A stretch of DNA of 64,000 nt from Methanothermococcus sp. Ax23 (GCF_049075655.1 NZ_CP157522.1:896001-960000); one strand, 5' to 3'. Shown: positions 44,866 through 55,047, numbered from the stretch's first letter. The notes: generated by a model from the sequence alone, not told the origin. Translations and numbers: made by a program.

Positions 44866-45030
44866 AAAACCAAGGTTTTTACATTTTTGTATGCTCATTA
44901 TTGTTCGCTTGAAAGCACGTTTGTAAATATCTCCTTTAAAAATCTCAAAATCCTTCGGATTTCACAGTCCTACGGACGCCCTATGACTCCGAAGGATTTT
45001 TTCCGATTTACTCACTTCGTTTGTAAATAA
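44866..45030. repeat. Degenerate cluster of short hairpins
   Basis: AAATCC-TTC-GGATTT, GTCC-TAC-GGAC, TCC-GAA-GGA, CTCACTTCGTTTG. Confidence 0.65.
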
Positions 45031-45173
45031 TAATAAAAAAATAATAATTCCATAATGCCTCTAACAAAATTATTTATTAGTTTTGAGTTATAAAAACCAA
45101 AAGGTTTTATAAAAAATTTTTATGTTTGATGGTGTAGAAAATAATTAATTTAGAAATAAGGTTTTCTTTATTT

Positions 45174-45836
45174 TTATCTTCTTTTACTTTTTATTTTTTC
45201 CACCATCTCTTCGACTTCTTCATTTGAATAGATTTTTACTCCATTTTTATCAATTACTGCGAGAGAGACACCATTTCCAGAATATGCATCTCTCTCCATG
45301 GCGGATACGAGTGCTTTAACTGCAAGTTCTTTTCCTTCGTTTAACGTCATATCTTTTTTATATTCTGCCTCCAAAACACCGAAGGCAGTAGGAGACCCAG
45401 AACCGGTGGCAGTAAATGAAGTTTCTTCATTTAATCCTCCAACAGGGTCAAGTGAAAATAATTTTGGACCGTGGAGGTTATCGTATCCACCAATTACCAA
45501 TTGAGTTAAAAAAGGAAAATGTCTATTTCCATGCAATATGTTGCTCAGCAATGTTGCACAGGAATGTGGTGGCATGTAGTTTCCAGTTCTCATCTTGTAT
45601 ATTTTGGTTTCTGCGGATATTAATCTAACAAGTGATTGAGCATCTCCAACACTTCCTGCTATGGTCATTGCTATGTAGTCATCTATCTTATATAACTTTT
45701 TCGCTTCTTTGTCAGCTATAAGGTTCCCCATTGTAGCTCTTTTATCGGTTGCCAATACTACACCGTCTTTACATATCATTCCTATTGTAGTAGTCCCCTT
45801 CATGTATTCCTTATAGTGGTCGTTGGTTGCCATCAT
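45174..45836 (-). CDS. psmB: Proteasome subunit beta
   Basis: KG|TTT active-site Thr, DKRAT, TGSGS, ERD. Confidence 0.96.
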   Translation of the reverse strand: MMATNDHYKEYMKGTTTIGMICKDGVVLATDKRATMGNLIADKEAKKLYKIDDYIAMTIAGSVGDAQSLVRLISAETKIYKMRTGNYMPPHSCATLLSNILHGNRHFPFLTQLVIGGYDNLHGPKLFSLDPVGGLNEETSFTATGSGSPTAFGVLEAEYKKDMTLNEGKELAVKALVSAMERDAYSGNGVSLAVIDKNGVKIYSNEEVEEMVEKIKSKRR

Positions 45837-45955
45837 ATAAAATCCTCCTAAATTTAATATTTATAAGATTATTAATTAAATAATTTTAAAAAAGTAATTA
45901 TTTATTATTTATTTTTATCCTTTATATACTTTTAACATTTTTATTTTATTTTTAA

Positions 45956-46339
45956 TTAGTCCAGCTTATCTCCAACAATGTCTATTTTGTTATTTTCTAA
46001 ATCAATTTTATAGTGGAAACAGGTGTGGTATCCCTCATGACATGCCCAGCCAGTCTGTTCAACAACAAATAATAAAGCATCTCCATCACAGTCCTTGTAA
46101 ATTTCTTTAACTTTCTGCACATTTCCACTTTCTTCCCCTTTTCTCCAAAGTTTTTGCCTGCTGGTTGAGTAGTAGTGCATGTATCCTGTTTCAAAGGTCT
46201 TTTTTAAAGATTCTTCATCCATAAATGCCGTCATTAAAACATTTTTATCTTCATCTGTGGCTATGGCAATTAATAGTCTTTTTCCATCTATATTTCTAAA
46301 TTTCAGATTTAAATTTTCAATTATTGAATCCATGTCCAT
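45956..46339 (-). CDS. hisI: Phosphoribosyl-AMP cyclohydrolase
   Basis: [21 protein letters not shown]. Confidence 0.95.
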   Translation of the reverse strand: MDMDSIIENLNLKFRNIDGKRLLIAIATDEDKNVLMTAFMDEESLKKTFETGYMHYYSTSRQKLWRKGEESGNVQKVKEIYKDCDGDALLFVVEQTGWACHEGYHTCFHYKIDLENNKIDIVGDKLD

Positions 46340-46416
46340 AATATACCTCCCAATTATTAATCTAATGTTATATCAGCATTGAATTTATTAAATAGTAGTA
46401 TAAATTTATTCTCTAA

Positions 46417-47577
46417 TTATTTTTTAATTAATTCACTCACCATGTTTTTGAGAGTTTCTTTATCGACACAATCGCCATGGACAAATTTAACGAAGTCATG
46501 AATTATTCTTTTTGCAAAAACCTCTGAAAATTTTTCTAAAACCTTTTCCGGCTCTTTTCCGTTTTCCATCATTTTTAGTGCTTTTTCGAGCTCCTTTTTT
46601 CTTATATGTTCAACATAATTATCGTAATCTTTTATAATGCCCTCAACATTAAGTTTTTTCAACTGCTTTAAAAGAAGCCGGAGCTCATTCTCAATAATAT
46701 TCTCAACAATGGGTATTTCATTTTTTCTCTTTTTTAGGTTTTCATCAGATACTAGTCTTAAATCGTCAATGGTGTATAATATAATATTTGGGAGCTCCCT
46801 AACATTATCATCTACATCCCTAGGGTTTGCAATATCTACAATTATCTTTTTTCCTTCAATGTCTTTAAGATTTGATTTATCCAATATGTGGTGTGGAGAA
46901 GCTGTGGCACAGATAATTATATCGCTGAAGTTCAATGCCTCTTTAAGTTTGTCAAAATGAACAGCTATACCCTTTAACTCGTTTGCAAGTCGTTCTGCTC
47001 TTTCATAAGTTCTGTTTGCAACCACGATTGCTTTTGTATTTTTTTCAATCAAGGCCTTTGCCACAAGTGTCCCTATTTCACCCGCCCCTATGACTAGTAT
47101 ATTTTTATTTTTCAGACCCACAGTTTTTTCAACGAGCTCGACAGCAGCACTGCCGATGGATACCCCCCCTTTGTTTATTTTTGTTTCCTGTCTAACTCTC
47201 TGACCTACATGCACGGCTTTTAAAAATATGGTATCTAAATATTTTGTAGTTTTTCCAAGTTTTTTTGCATTATAATGACTTTTTTTAATCTGGCCGATAA
47301 TTTGGTCTTCACCAACAATCATGGATTCAAGTCCTGATGCAGTTCTTAGAAGATGTATTATAGCCTCACGACCTTCTAAAACATCAAAACCTTTAAAATC
47401 ATCTTTTAATCTATCTAAATCCACTACAAAATGAGAGTCAAAATATATTTCGATTCTATTGCAGGTTTGGAGCAAAATACAGTTGTCATATTTTTTGTAG
47501 AATTCCTCTTCATCAAACCTTAATTTTTCGAGCTCCGATACAGGATATTTTTTATAATCTGCCATAAATAACAGCAT
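46417..47577 (-). CDS. hemA: Glutamyl-tRNA reductase
   Basis: [27 protein letters not shown]. Confidence 0.95.
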   Translation of the reverse strand: MLLFMADYKKYPVSELEKLRFDEEEFYKKYDNCILLQTCNRIEIYFDSHFVVDLDRLKDDFKGFDVLEGREAIIHLLRTASGLESMIVGEDQIIGQIKKSHYNAKKLGKTTKYLDTIFLKAVHVGQRVRQETKINKGGVSIGSAAVELVEKTVGLKNKNILVIGAGEIGTLVAKALIEKNTKAIVVANRTYERAERLANELKGIAVHFDKLKEALNFSDIIICATASPHHILDKSNLKDIEGKKIIVDIANPRDVDDNVRELPNIILYTIDDLRLVSDENLKKRKNEIPIVENIIENELRLLLKQLKKLNVEGIIKDYDNYVEHIRKKELEKALKMMENGKEPEKVLEKFSEVFAKRIIHDFVKFVHGDCVDKETLKNMVSELIKK

Positions 47578-47591
47578 AATTACACCAATTT

Positions 47592-48212
47592 CTATTTGTA
47601 TTTATTAATTAATTCTAAAAATTCTCTTTTAAAATCTTCATTTTTAAACACTTCTTCAAGAATTTTTTTCCTATCCTTCTGTGAAGAAATATTGTCTTTT
47701 AAAAAATCCCTTAAAGTGTTTTGAATAAGTATTTCATATTCGTGATTCTTTAAATAGTTTTCAACAAGTTTTCTTATATTTTTTGCCATCAATGGACTTT
47801 TTCCTTCTGTATATACTGTAAAATATACTCCATCTACATTACAGTAGGCAGGTATTATTATATTAATATCTTTTTCAAAAGTGGATGAGCTGATGAATTT
47901 GTTTAATTTTTTTGAAATATTGACTATTCGTTTATTGTTTTTCTCATCAATTGCAGTAATGATAAAATCATATTTTTGAATAATATCTTTTAAATCATCA
48001 TCTGACATATTGTTTATATCGCAGATTACAAATTCAACATTTCTATAATTATTTTCATATTTATTGATTTCCTCTTGGTCAATATTTTTTGTGTAAATGG
48101 TTATTTTATCGGGATTTGCATTTAGAATTTTGTTAAATCTCCTCTTCCCAACATCTCCAAATCCAAAAATACAGACTTTAAATCCTTTTAAATCAACGAA
48201 CAATGGTATCAT
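47592..48212 (-). CDS. Precorrin-2 dehydrogenase / sirohydrochlorin ferrochelatase
   Basis: [23 protein letters not shown]; next to hemA. Confidence 0.85.
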   Translation of the reverse strand: MIPLFVDLKGFKVCIFGFGDVGKRRFNKILNANPDKITIYTKNIDQEEINKYENNYRNVEFVICDINNMSDDDLKDIIQKYDFIITAIDEKNNKRIVNISKKLNKFISSSTFEKDINIIIPAYCNVDGVYFTVYTEGKSPLMAKNIRKLVENYLKNHEYEILIQNTLRDFLKDNISSQKDRKKILEEVFKNEDFKREFLELINKYK

Positions 48213-48320
48213 GTTATCATTTTTTTATTTTATTTTTCTATTTATCCTATTTTATTTATCGGTTCTTTTATTATTTTTAGTTATTAATTTAATTATTTAA
48301 TTTGGTATTTGCTTTATCTG

Positions 48321-49409
48321 TTATCTATTCAGCAGTTCTTTATAAATTCCATCTATCCTTTTTGCAGTTTCTTTCCATGAAAATCTTTTTGAAAATCTCT
48401 TCCCATTTTCCCCCATTTTTTTCTTTAAATCCTTATCATCAATTAAAATGTTTATTTTTTCCCTCAATATATTTGGATTTTTTGGTTCAACTAAAAAACC
48501 GTTGTAATTATCCTTAATTAATTCAGGAATTCCTCCAACATTTGTTCCAATCGTGGCTTTTCCCGATGCCATGGCTTCAAGCAATACCATTCCAAGACCT
48601 TCTGAAATGGAAGGGAGCACTAAGAAACTGCATTTTTTGATATACTCAGAAACTTCTTTCTGGTTCTTTTTTCCAAGAAGTTCAATATTGGATATATTCT
48701 CTTTATCGATTTTGTTTTTAATAGCGTCGAATAAAACACCATCTCCGATGAGTTTGAAATTAAAGTCAATATCTTTAACTGCATCAATTAAAATATCAAT
48801 TCCTTTTTGTGGAACAAATGAACCAACAAAAAGTCCATAACTTTCATCTTCACTGGTATCATAAAATAAATCAAAATCCACGCCGTTATAAACCACTTCT
48901 GTTTTATTTCGATAGGATTTTGGCAGTTGATTTTTTAAAAATTCGCTCACACAGATGATTTTATCGCAGTTTTTAATGGCATAATTGAAAAATAGTTTTC
49001 CCACGGGATTTTTTGATAGTTTTAATACATCGCTTCCGTGAAGTGTTAATATGTGGGGGATGTTGTATTTGTTTCTTAGGAGAGCTCCTACAAATCCCTG
49101 AGGAAATGCGTAATGGCTATGAATTATATCAATATCTATATCATTTAATAACTCTTTTCCAATTTTATATCCTTTGTGAGTATAACTTATTCCCCGAAGT
49201 TTTGGAATATAAGGAACCTCGTGTATATGAATATTGTTGATATTAATATTATTATAATTGTTATTACTATTATCTATCCCTTTTGATTTATAATTCAAAA
49301 TATGAAATTCATAATCTCCAAGGTTATTTAAATTATTTATTATATTTTCAACATGAAAGGTGATTCCTCCCATATATGGATGAAATATTGTAGGCATAAG
49401 TATTTTCAT
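48321..49409 (-). CDS. Glycosyltransferase family 4
   Basis: HSHY, TLHGSD, EGLGMVLLEAMASG. Confidence 0.9.
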   Translation of the reverse strand: MKILMPTIFHPYMGGITFHVENIINNLNNLGDYEFHILNYKSKGIDNSNNNYNNININNIHIHEVPYIPKLRGISYTHKGYKIGKELLNDIDIDIIHSHYAFPQGFVGALLRNKYNIPHILTLHGSDVLKLSKNPVGKLFFNYAIKNCDKIICVSEFLKNQLPKSYRNKTEVVYNGVDFDLFYDTSEDESYGLFVGSFVPQKGIDILIDAVKDIDFNFKLIGDGVLFDAIKNKIDKENISNIELLGKKNQKEVSEYIKKCSFLVLPSISEGLGMVLLEAMASGKATIGTNVGGIPELIKDNYNGFLVEPKNPNILREKINILIDDKDLKKKMGENGKRFSKRFSWKETAKRIDGIYKELLNR

Positions 49410-49466
49410 AATATCCCTGATTTATAGAATAAAAAATAAAAAAAACAATAATATCAAATGGTAGAT

Positions 49467-50069
49467 TTAGTGTTCCATATGTTGGTGTTCTTTCCATTTA
49501 ACAAACAAATAGTATTTTTGTGTTTCTTTTAACTCTTCCTCTATTCTTTTTGCAATGGCATCCAATAAATTTCTATGCACTCTCTTTTCAACATCTTCAA
49601 AACTTTCAAATGGTTTTACTTCCCTTTCCTCAATTATTTTCCACATAATGGTTTTGCCAATACCTGGAAGGAGTTGAAGAGAATGCATTTTGTTGGTTAT
49701 TGGTTCGCATTCATTTATAAATTGTATGAATCGTTTTTCATTCTTTTTAATTGCTTCTTTTATAACATAGAATAACTCTGTTTTTGCCGTAGGTGTTAGT
49801 TCTTCATATTTTAACATTCTCGAAATATATTCGACCTTATCCCTCTTACCTTTTCCAATATAAACCCTCTCCGCCAATTCAACAGTCTTATCGTCTTTTA
49901 ACACTAATTCCATTAATACAAATTGTTTTTCACCAAAAGCCTGTGCAATAGGTTTTCGTTGGTGAAGTGGTCTTTTGTCCTCTGGATACCCATATTCAAG
50001 AAAATCCAAAACATAGGCGTAGCTCTCAAATTTCCTTTTTTTAGATTTTTTAGATTCATGTCTTTTCAT
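49467..50069 (-). CDS. DUF655 putative nucleic-acid binding protein
   Basis: YVLDFL, LPGIGK, PFESF; normally follows rpoF. Confidence 0.88.
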   Translation of the reverse strand: MKRHESKKSKKRKFESYAYVLDFLEYGYPEDKRPLHQRKPIAQAFGEKQFVLMELVLKDDKTVELAERVYIGKGKRDKVEYISRMLKYEELTPTAKTELFYVIKEAIKKNEKRFIQFINECEPITNKMHSLQLLPGIGKTIMWKIIEEREVKPFESFEDVEKRVHRNLLDAIAKRIEEELKETQKYYLFVKWKEHQHMEH

Positions 50070-50112
50070 ATTATGCACCCTATGACATTCTCTTCGGTTT
50101 AATAACCGAAGT

Positions 50113-51360
50113 TTATAAGGAATAAATCCTTATTGGGTTGCCAAGCCCACTATCCCTATCCTTTGAAGGATTCGGGACTACCTTTTTCAAAATATTCAAA
50201 GCACCATTTACATCAGCATTTATTATTAAACCACATTTAGAACAAATATATAGACCTCTATATTTTCTATTACTTTTCTTAACGATTCCACAATTACTAC
50301 ATGTTTGAGAAGTATAAGATTCATTAACCTGTTCTACTGTTATTCCATATCCTACTGCTTTATATTGTATCATCTGAATTAACTTTCCAAAAGGTATTCT
50401 GTGTAGTTTTTGATTATTTATTTTCCCTATGTTCATTGAGGTTATTCCTTTGTTCATTTCACCAATTACAATTTTTGAAACTTTATCATTCTTTGCTAAT
50501 TCTACAATCATTCTACTAACTTTATGAATATAATCTTTGACATAATTTTTTTCCTTTACTGTTAATTTTGATAATCTTTTGGAGGTTTTTAGTTTTTGTT
50601 TGGATAAAATAGACATTAGTTTTGCTTTTGTTTTGTTGAACCATCTTAATTTAGATACTAATGTTTTGCCATTGAAAATATAAGGTTGTTTTTCATTCTG
50701 TATTACTGTTGTTGCTAAATTCTTAATTCCTAAGTCAATAGCCATTACTTTTTCATTGTTAAATGTTAGTGGGGTTATTTTTTTCTTATAAATCAAATGA
50801 AGTATAAAATATCTTTTACCGTAAATATCATGCGGGACTATCTCAACTTCTTTAATTTTCATGGTATTGAGCGATAAGATTTTCGGTAATCTTATCCATA
50901 GATACTTGGACTCAATACCATGCTTTTCTTTTAGATAGTTTTTGGTTTGTTTTGAAAGAGATAATCTCAATTTATTGTCTATTATTTTGAATCCGTTCTT
51001 TTTCCATTTAACTGGAAAATGACCATCTTTTGGTTGGAATTTAGGTTTTTTAGTATGTTCGGAGCGAAGCGGAGAGCAACGAAAACCTTCGGTTTTCGTA
51101 TAATGTTTGAAAAAATTATCCCACGCTATTGAAAGTTTTTGACATACTGCTTGTGCTGACTGTGAGTGTAAGTTTTTAAACCAGAAATTGTTCTTCATTT
51201 GAACATCTATTTTGTTAGGGTTAATATTTCGTTGCATTACTTCGTAGTTAGATACATTCCATAGTTTTGATGCTGAATAGGTTAAATGGTTTAGGATTGT
51301 TAATTGTTCATTGTTTAATTGTCTTGTTATGTTCAGCGTGTGGACTCTTGAAACTTCCAA
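50113..51360 (-). CDS. tnpB: TnpB RNA-guided endonuclease with in-frame 16-aa insertion
   Basis: AIDLG, VNESYTSQTC, CSKCG, NADVNGALNI; TTG start inferred after AGGTG. Confidence 0.9.
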   Translation of the reverse strand: MEVSRVHTLNITRQLNNEQLTILNHLTYSASKLWNVSNYEVMQRNINPNKIDVQMKNNFWFKNLHSQSAQAVCQKLSIAWDNFFKHYTKTEGFRCSPLRSEHTKKPKFQPKDGHFPVKWKKNGFKIIDNKLRLSLSKQTKNYLKEKHGIESKYLWIRLPKILSLNTMKIKEVEIVPHDIYGKRYFILHLIYKKKITPLTFNNEKVMAIDLGIKNLATTVIQNEKQPYIFNGKTLVSKLRWFNKTKAKLMSILSKQKLKTSKRLSKLTVKEKNYVKDYIHKVSRMIVELAKNDKVSKIVIGEMNKGITSMNIGKINNQKLHRIPFGKLIQMIQYKAVGYGITVEQVNESYTSQTCSNCGIVKKSNRKYRGLYICSKCGLIINADVNGALNILKKVVPNPSKDRDSGLGNPIRIYSL

Positions 51361-51361
51361 G

Positions 51362-51446
51362 CTAAACACCTTTTTGATTATCATATTGTCTAATTATATC
51401 AAGTGATACTGTCCCTACAGTTTTTAATAGGTGTTTTTATCTTCAT
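51362..51446 (-). pseudogene. tnpA: Internally deleted tnpA (Y1 HUH transposase) remnant
   Basis: GGTGAT RBS + MKIKT start joined out of frame to TVGTVSLDIIRQYDNQKGV*, resembling the catalytic-Tyr helix of TnpA. Confidence 0.7.
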
Positions 51447-51688
51447 ATTTATCACCATGATTTATATGCGCTCTACTCATATATATCTTAAAATAATTAT
51501 TGATATTATTAATATCATCACCGCTTTAAAAAGCGGTGCTTTCAAATTCAATGGTAAAATATAATAAAATTATGGAATTAAAAATTTAAATTGTCTTTAA
51601 TTATATAATATATATCATTAATAGAATAAAAACATATTGATTTAAAACAGATATGAAAAAAGTTTTATTTAATAAAACAAAGGTTTTA

Positions 51689-52012
51689 TTATTTATATTG
51701 GCTTACAATATCCAATATTTCTTCCGAATTCTTTGGAATATCGGATTTATAGAATATTAACTTTAAATCCTCGGTATCTTCTGGAAGTATATCTGCTATT
51801 TTAATTGCTGTTTTTTCATCCAACCCGAGCTCGACCAAATCTTTAACGAGATTTTCTACATCTTCGGCACTCAATCGTGCAAATTTTTCTAAATAATCCA
51901 ATGCACAGCCGTGCTCATAGGATAACTCGTCAATATTTGCTTTGTCTGTCATTATCTCCTTAGCATGAGATATTGTAATATATCTCTCAGAGATTATTTC
52001 TTTTCCTATCAT
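51689..52012 (-). CDS. rpoF: DNA-directed RNA polymerase subunit F (Rpo4)
   Basis: MIGKEII, LSYE, KIADILP; after rpl21e. Confidence 0.92.
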   Translation of the reverse strand: MIGKEIISERYITISHAKEIMTDKANIDELSYEHGCALDYLEKFARLSAEDVENLVKDLVELGLDEKTAIKIADILPEDTEDLKLIFYKSDIPKNSEEILDIVSQYK

Positions 52013-52030
52013 AATAATACCCATCTTAAA

Positions 52031-52229
52031 AAAAGTATTTTGTATTAATACTGACCTACTCCAACGAGTGAACTCGTTGGGTTCTTTTAGTAGGGTTTAA
52101 CCCTACACGGGTGGCCAAGCCCACTACCCCTACCCATTAATGGGTTCAGGGCTACGCTATGCACTTCCAACCACTACCAGCGGTAGAGTTTTCACTAACC
52201 CTACCCATAGATACTTGGACTGGTAGCGT
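52031..52229 (-). ncRNA. Predicted omegaRNA of mini-element 2
   Basis: TATA at 52251-52258 (minus); covarying stems versus copy 1 and the tnpB 3' end; boundaries approximate. Confidence 0.55.
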
Positions 52230-52335
52230 TACTTACTACTAATCTTCATATATTTATATTTTACTACTTACTAGCCGATATAATGTCCGCCTCTCATCCA
52301 ACGACTGAAGTCGTTGACTTTCCCGGCGGTTTATC
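52051..52335 (-). mobile_element. Non-autonomous IS200/IS605-type mini-element (no ORF) with omegaRNA-like scaffold, copy 2
   Basis: Homolog of 14031-14354; intact left hairpin CAACGACT-TC-AGTCGTTG after TTAC..AAAG; right end TCAG. Confidence 0.87.
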
Positions 52336-52366
52336 GTAAAATAATTAATAAATATTAATAAAATAA

Positions 52367-52663
<297 letters not shown>

Positions 52664-52861
52664 GTTTATTCCTCCTTTTATGTTTAATGTGTTTCAGTAT
52701 ATAAGCCGTTTAGAGTATATAAATATAATGTATATTACAACGTATTGTTTTACATATAAATATATAATATTCTATAAATAATTTCACTATAATATTTATT
52801 CTAACTATAAAAAGTTATTGTTTTTATGTTTTTATTTTATATATATTTTATGATGATGATA

Positions 52862-54268
52862 TTAATTTTCTTCATAATTTTCCATATCATGAACATCCAA
52901 TACGTCCAGCGTTTTACAGATGCATTTTTTATTTAAAATCTCTGAAACTGACGGGGAAGTTCTTCCCTCATCTCCACTTATGAGCTCCTTTATATACAAC
53001 CCACCATCGCAGTATAATGTGAGCTCGAAAGTTTTGGAATCTATCCTATTGGCACATGCTTTATATACCTTACGAACTCTTACCAAGTCTGCTCTTCTGT
53101 GGGATACTCGTATAGGTGTTCTCTGATTTATAGTTAAGTTTTCAAGTTTCTCCACTAATTTTAAAATTTCGTCATCATACACATCTTCTTCACATTCTAC
53201 AACAGCGAGATAGGTTTTTTTATGGGGCTCATTTTTGAAGAAAACAACATCTTTTCTAACACCGTAATCTAAATTAAGAATTTCAACCTTTCCACTTTTA
53301 TTTACTTCCTCTTTAAGTTTTTCCAAATCTGCCTTTCTTATTTTCGGTTCTTTTATTTGGAGAACAAAAGGCCTTCCATTTCCAAGCATTCTAACATCTA
53401 TATCTTCTCTCCCTGCACCATGGAATGCCTCATCCTTTCCTTTAAATACTTTCATAAAAGGTTCTGCTATTATCTCCTCGACAGATGTGGGGTATTGTTT
53501 CCCTGTGTAATTGCATTTTTCGCACCCTTTTCCCCTACAATACCTACAAGGCCAGCGTGTTTGTGGAATGCCCCTTACAAGTTTCCTATATCTTCCTTTT
53601 ATAAATATGGAATTTATTTGTAGTTTTATTTTTTTATTGTAGGGATTTATCATAATCACAATATCGGGGCTATTTTTATCCACAGTCTTTCCAGTTTTTT
53701 CAACGAGAATTTTACCCATGATTCTGTTGAATTCCTGCTTTATGCTCTCCATATATGGTGTTTCAAATTCTTTTTCAAGTTCTTTAATCTCCTTTGGAAG
53801 CATGGTTCCAGCTAAGAATGTTTCATATTCGTAATCTTTTAGTAAGTCTATCACTTTTTCTGAAATGATTTCTAAATTTTCCTTATCAAAGATATTTTTA
53901 CACCAAGGGCATAAATCTAATTTATTTTCCCCCTCTTCTTCATTTATCTCTTCTGGTATATCCACTAACTTTATTTCAGTTAATCCACTTTTGTATATAT
54001 ATTTTAGCTGTCCCTTTATTTCAGTTATTTCTGATGCTATTTTTAGTTTTTCTGTATCAGTTTTTTCTATTTCGTCCGGGTTTCCTGATTCAGTTAATTC
54101 ATTATATTTTCCCATTAAATTTAGTAATTTTGATTCTAATTCAATTGCTTTTGCAATTTTTAGCGATTTTCCCCTTTCGTAGTTTGATGTATGCAGTAGC
54201 TTTGCATAAAGTCTTCCAAAACATCTATGACACAAGGGGTATTTTTTTAATATTGTAATAATGTCCAT
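52862..54268 (-). CDS. pus10: tRNA pseudouridine(54/55) synthase Pus10
   Basis: CHRCFGR, GAGREDIDVRMLG, GGLYIKELISGD. Confidence 0.95.
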   Translation of the reverse strand: MDIITILKKYPLCHRCFGRLYAKLLHTSNYERGKSLKIAKAIELESKLLNLMGKYNELTESGNPDEIEKTDTEKLKIASEITEIKGQLKYIYKSGLTEIKLVDIPEEINEEEGENKLDLCPWCKNIFDKENLEIISEKVIDLLKDYEYETFLAGTMLPKEIKELEKEFETPYMESIKQEFNRIMGKILVEKTGKTVDKNSPDIVIMINPYNKKIKLQINSIFIKGRYRKLVRGIPQTRWPCRYCRGKGCEKCNYTGKQYPTSVEEIIAEPFMKVFKGKDEAFHGAGREDIDVRMLGNGRPFVLQIKEPKIRKADLEKLKEEVNKSGKVEILNLDYGVRKDVVFFKNEPHKKTYLAVVECEEDVYDDEILKLVEKLENLTINQRTPIRVSHRRADLVRVRKVYKACANRIDSKTFELTLYCDGGLYIKELISGDEGRTSPSVSEILNKKCICKTLDVLDVHDMENYEEN

Positions 54269-54598
54269 TGGATAACCTCCTATATAATTAATTATGATTT
54301 ATGATGGCTAAATAAATGATAATAAATTTGCTAATTACAAATATGATTTAAAAACCTAATTCTAAACTATGGTATATTTATACTATATCTTTACCTTTAA
54401 TTTACTTTTAAAAAATTTCCATAAAACCCGTTAAATATATGTTTTTATTTATTACTAAATTATATATATCAAAAAATTATATTATATCATCAATTATAAA
54501 GAATAATATTTTATTAGATAATAGGTCTCCCTGGTAATTCTAGCCCCTATATAATATTTATATATGTATATACCCACCCCATATGTCGAAGTGATAAA

Positions 54599-54955
54599 AT
54601 GCATAAAGAGCAACTTATGGAACTCCATCAATTTTTTGTCCATGTATATCGGGAGCTCGTCCCCAATGAATACAACTGTGAATATATAAAAATTTATGAA
54701 GAATTGGATGTTAGGCCCCACCATATCCATAAATTAAAAACTGAACAGAGAGCTGCTATTTTTTTATTGTCTGCATGTATTGCTAATTATTTATCCCATG
54801 ATGACGATACCGTTTCAAAAAATTTATCTATAAAATTATTGGAAAACGCGTTTAAATATATAAATCCAAAATCAGAAAATATGAAAAAATATATTGGGGA
54901 GCATTTAAAGATATTGGAGAATAAAGAATCAGACGATATTGAAAATACCATCTAA
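54599..54955 (+). CDS. UPF0058 family protein
   Basis: MHKEQLMELHQ, PHHIHKLK. Confidence 0.85.
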   Translation: MHKEQLMELHQFFVHVYRELVPNEYNCEYIKIYEELDVRPHHIHKLKTEQRAAIFLLSACIANYLSHDDDTVSKNLSIKLLENAFKYINPKSENMKKYIGEHLKILENKESDDIENTI

Positions 54956-55047
54956 ATTTTTATTTTTTATTTTTATGCATGATATTTTTTCATAGATTTC
55001 ATTTTTAATTTTAATAATTTATTTCATAAATATTTGAGAGGGACACC

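Larger units (their letters stand above)
50082..51553 (-). mobile_element. IS200/IS605 family element with tnpB and deleted tnpA
   Basis: Left end after TTAC with AAAG guide and CACCGCTT-TTTA-AAGCGGTG hairpin; right-end hairpin CTTCGGTT-ATTA-AACCGAAG ending TCAT. Confidence 0.85.
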
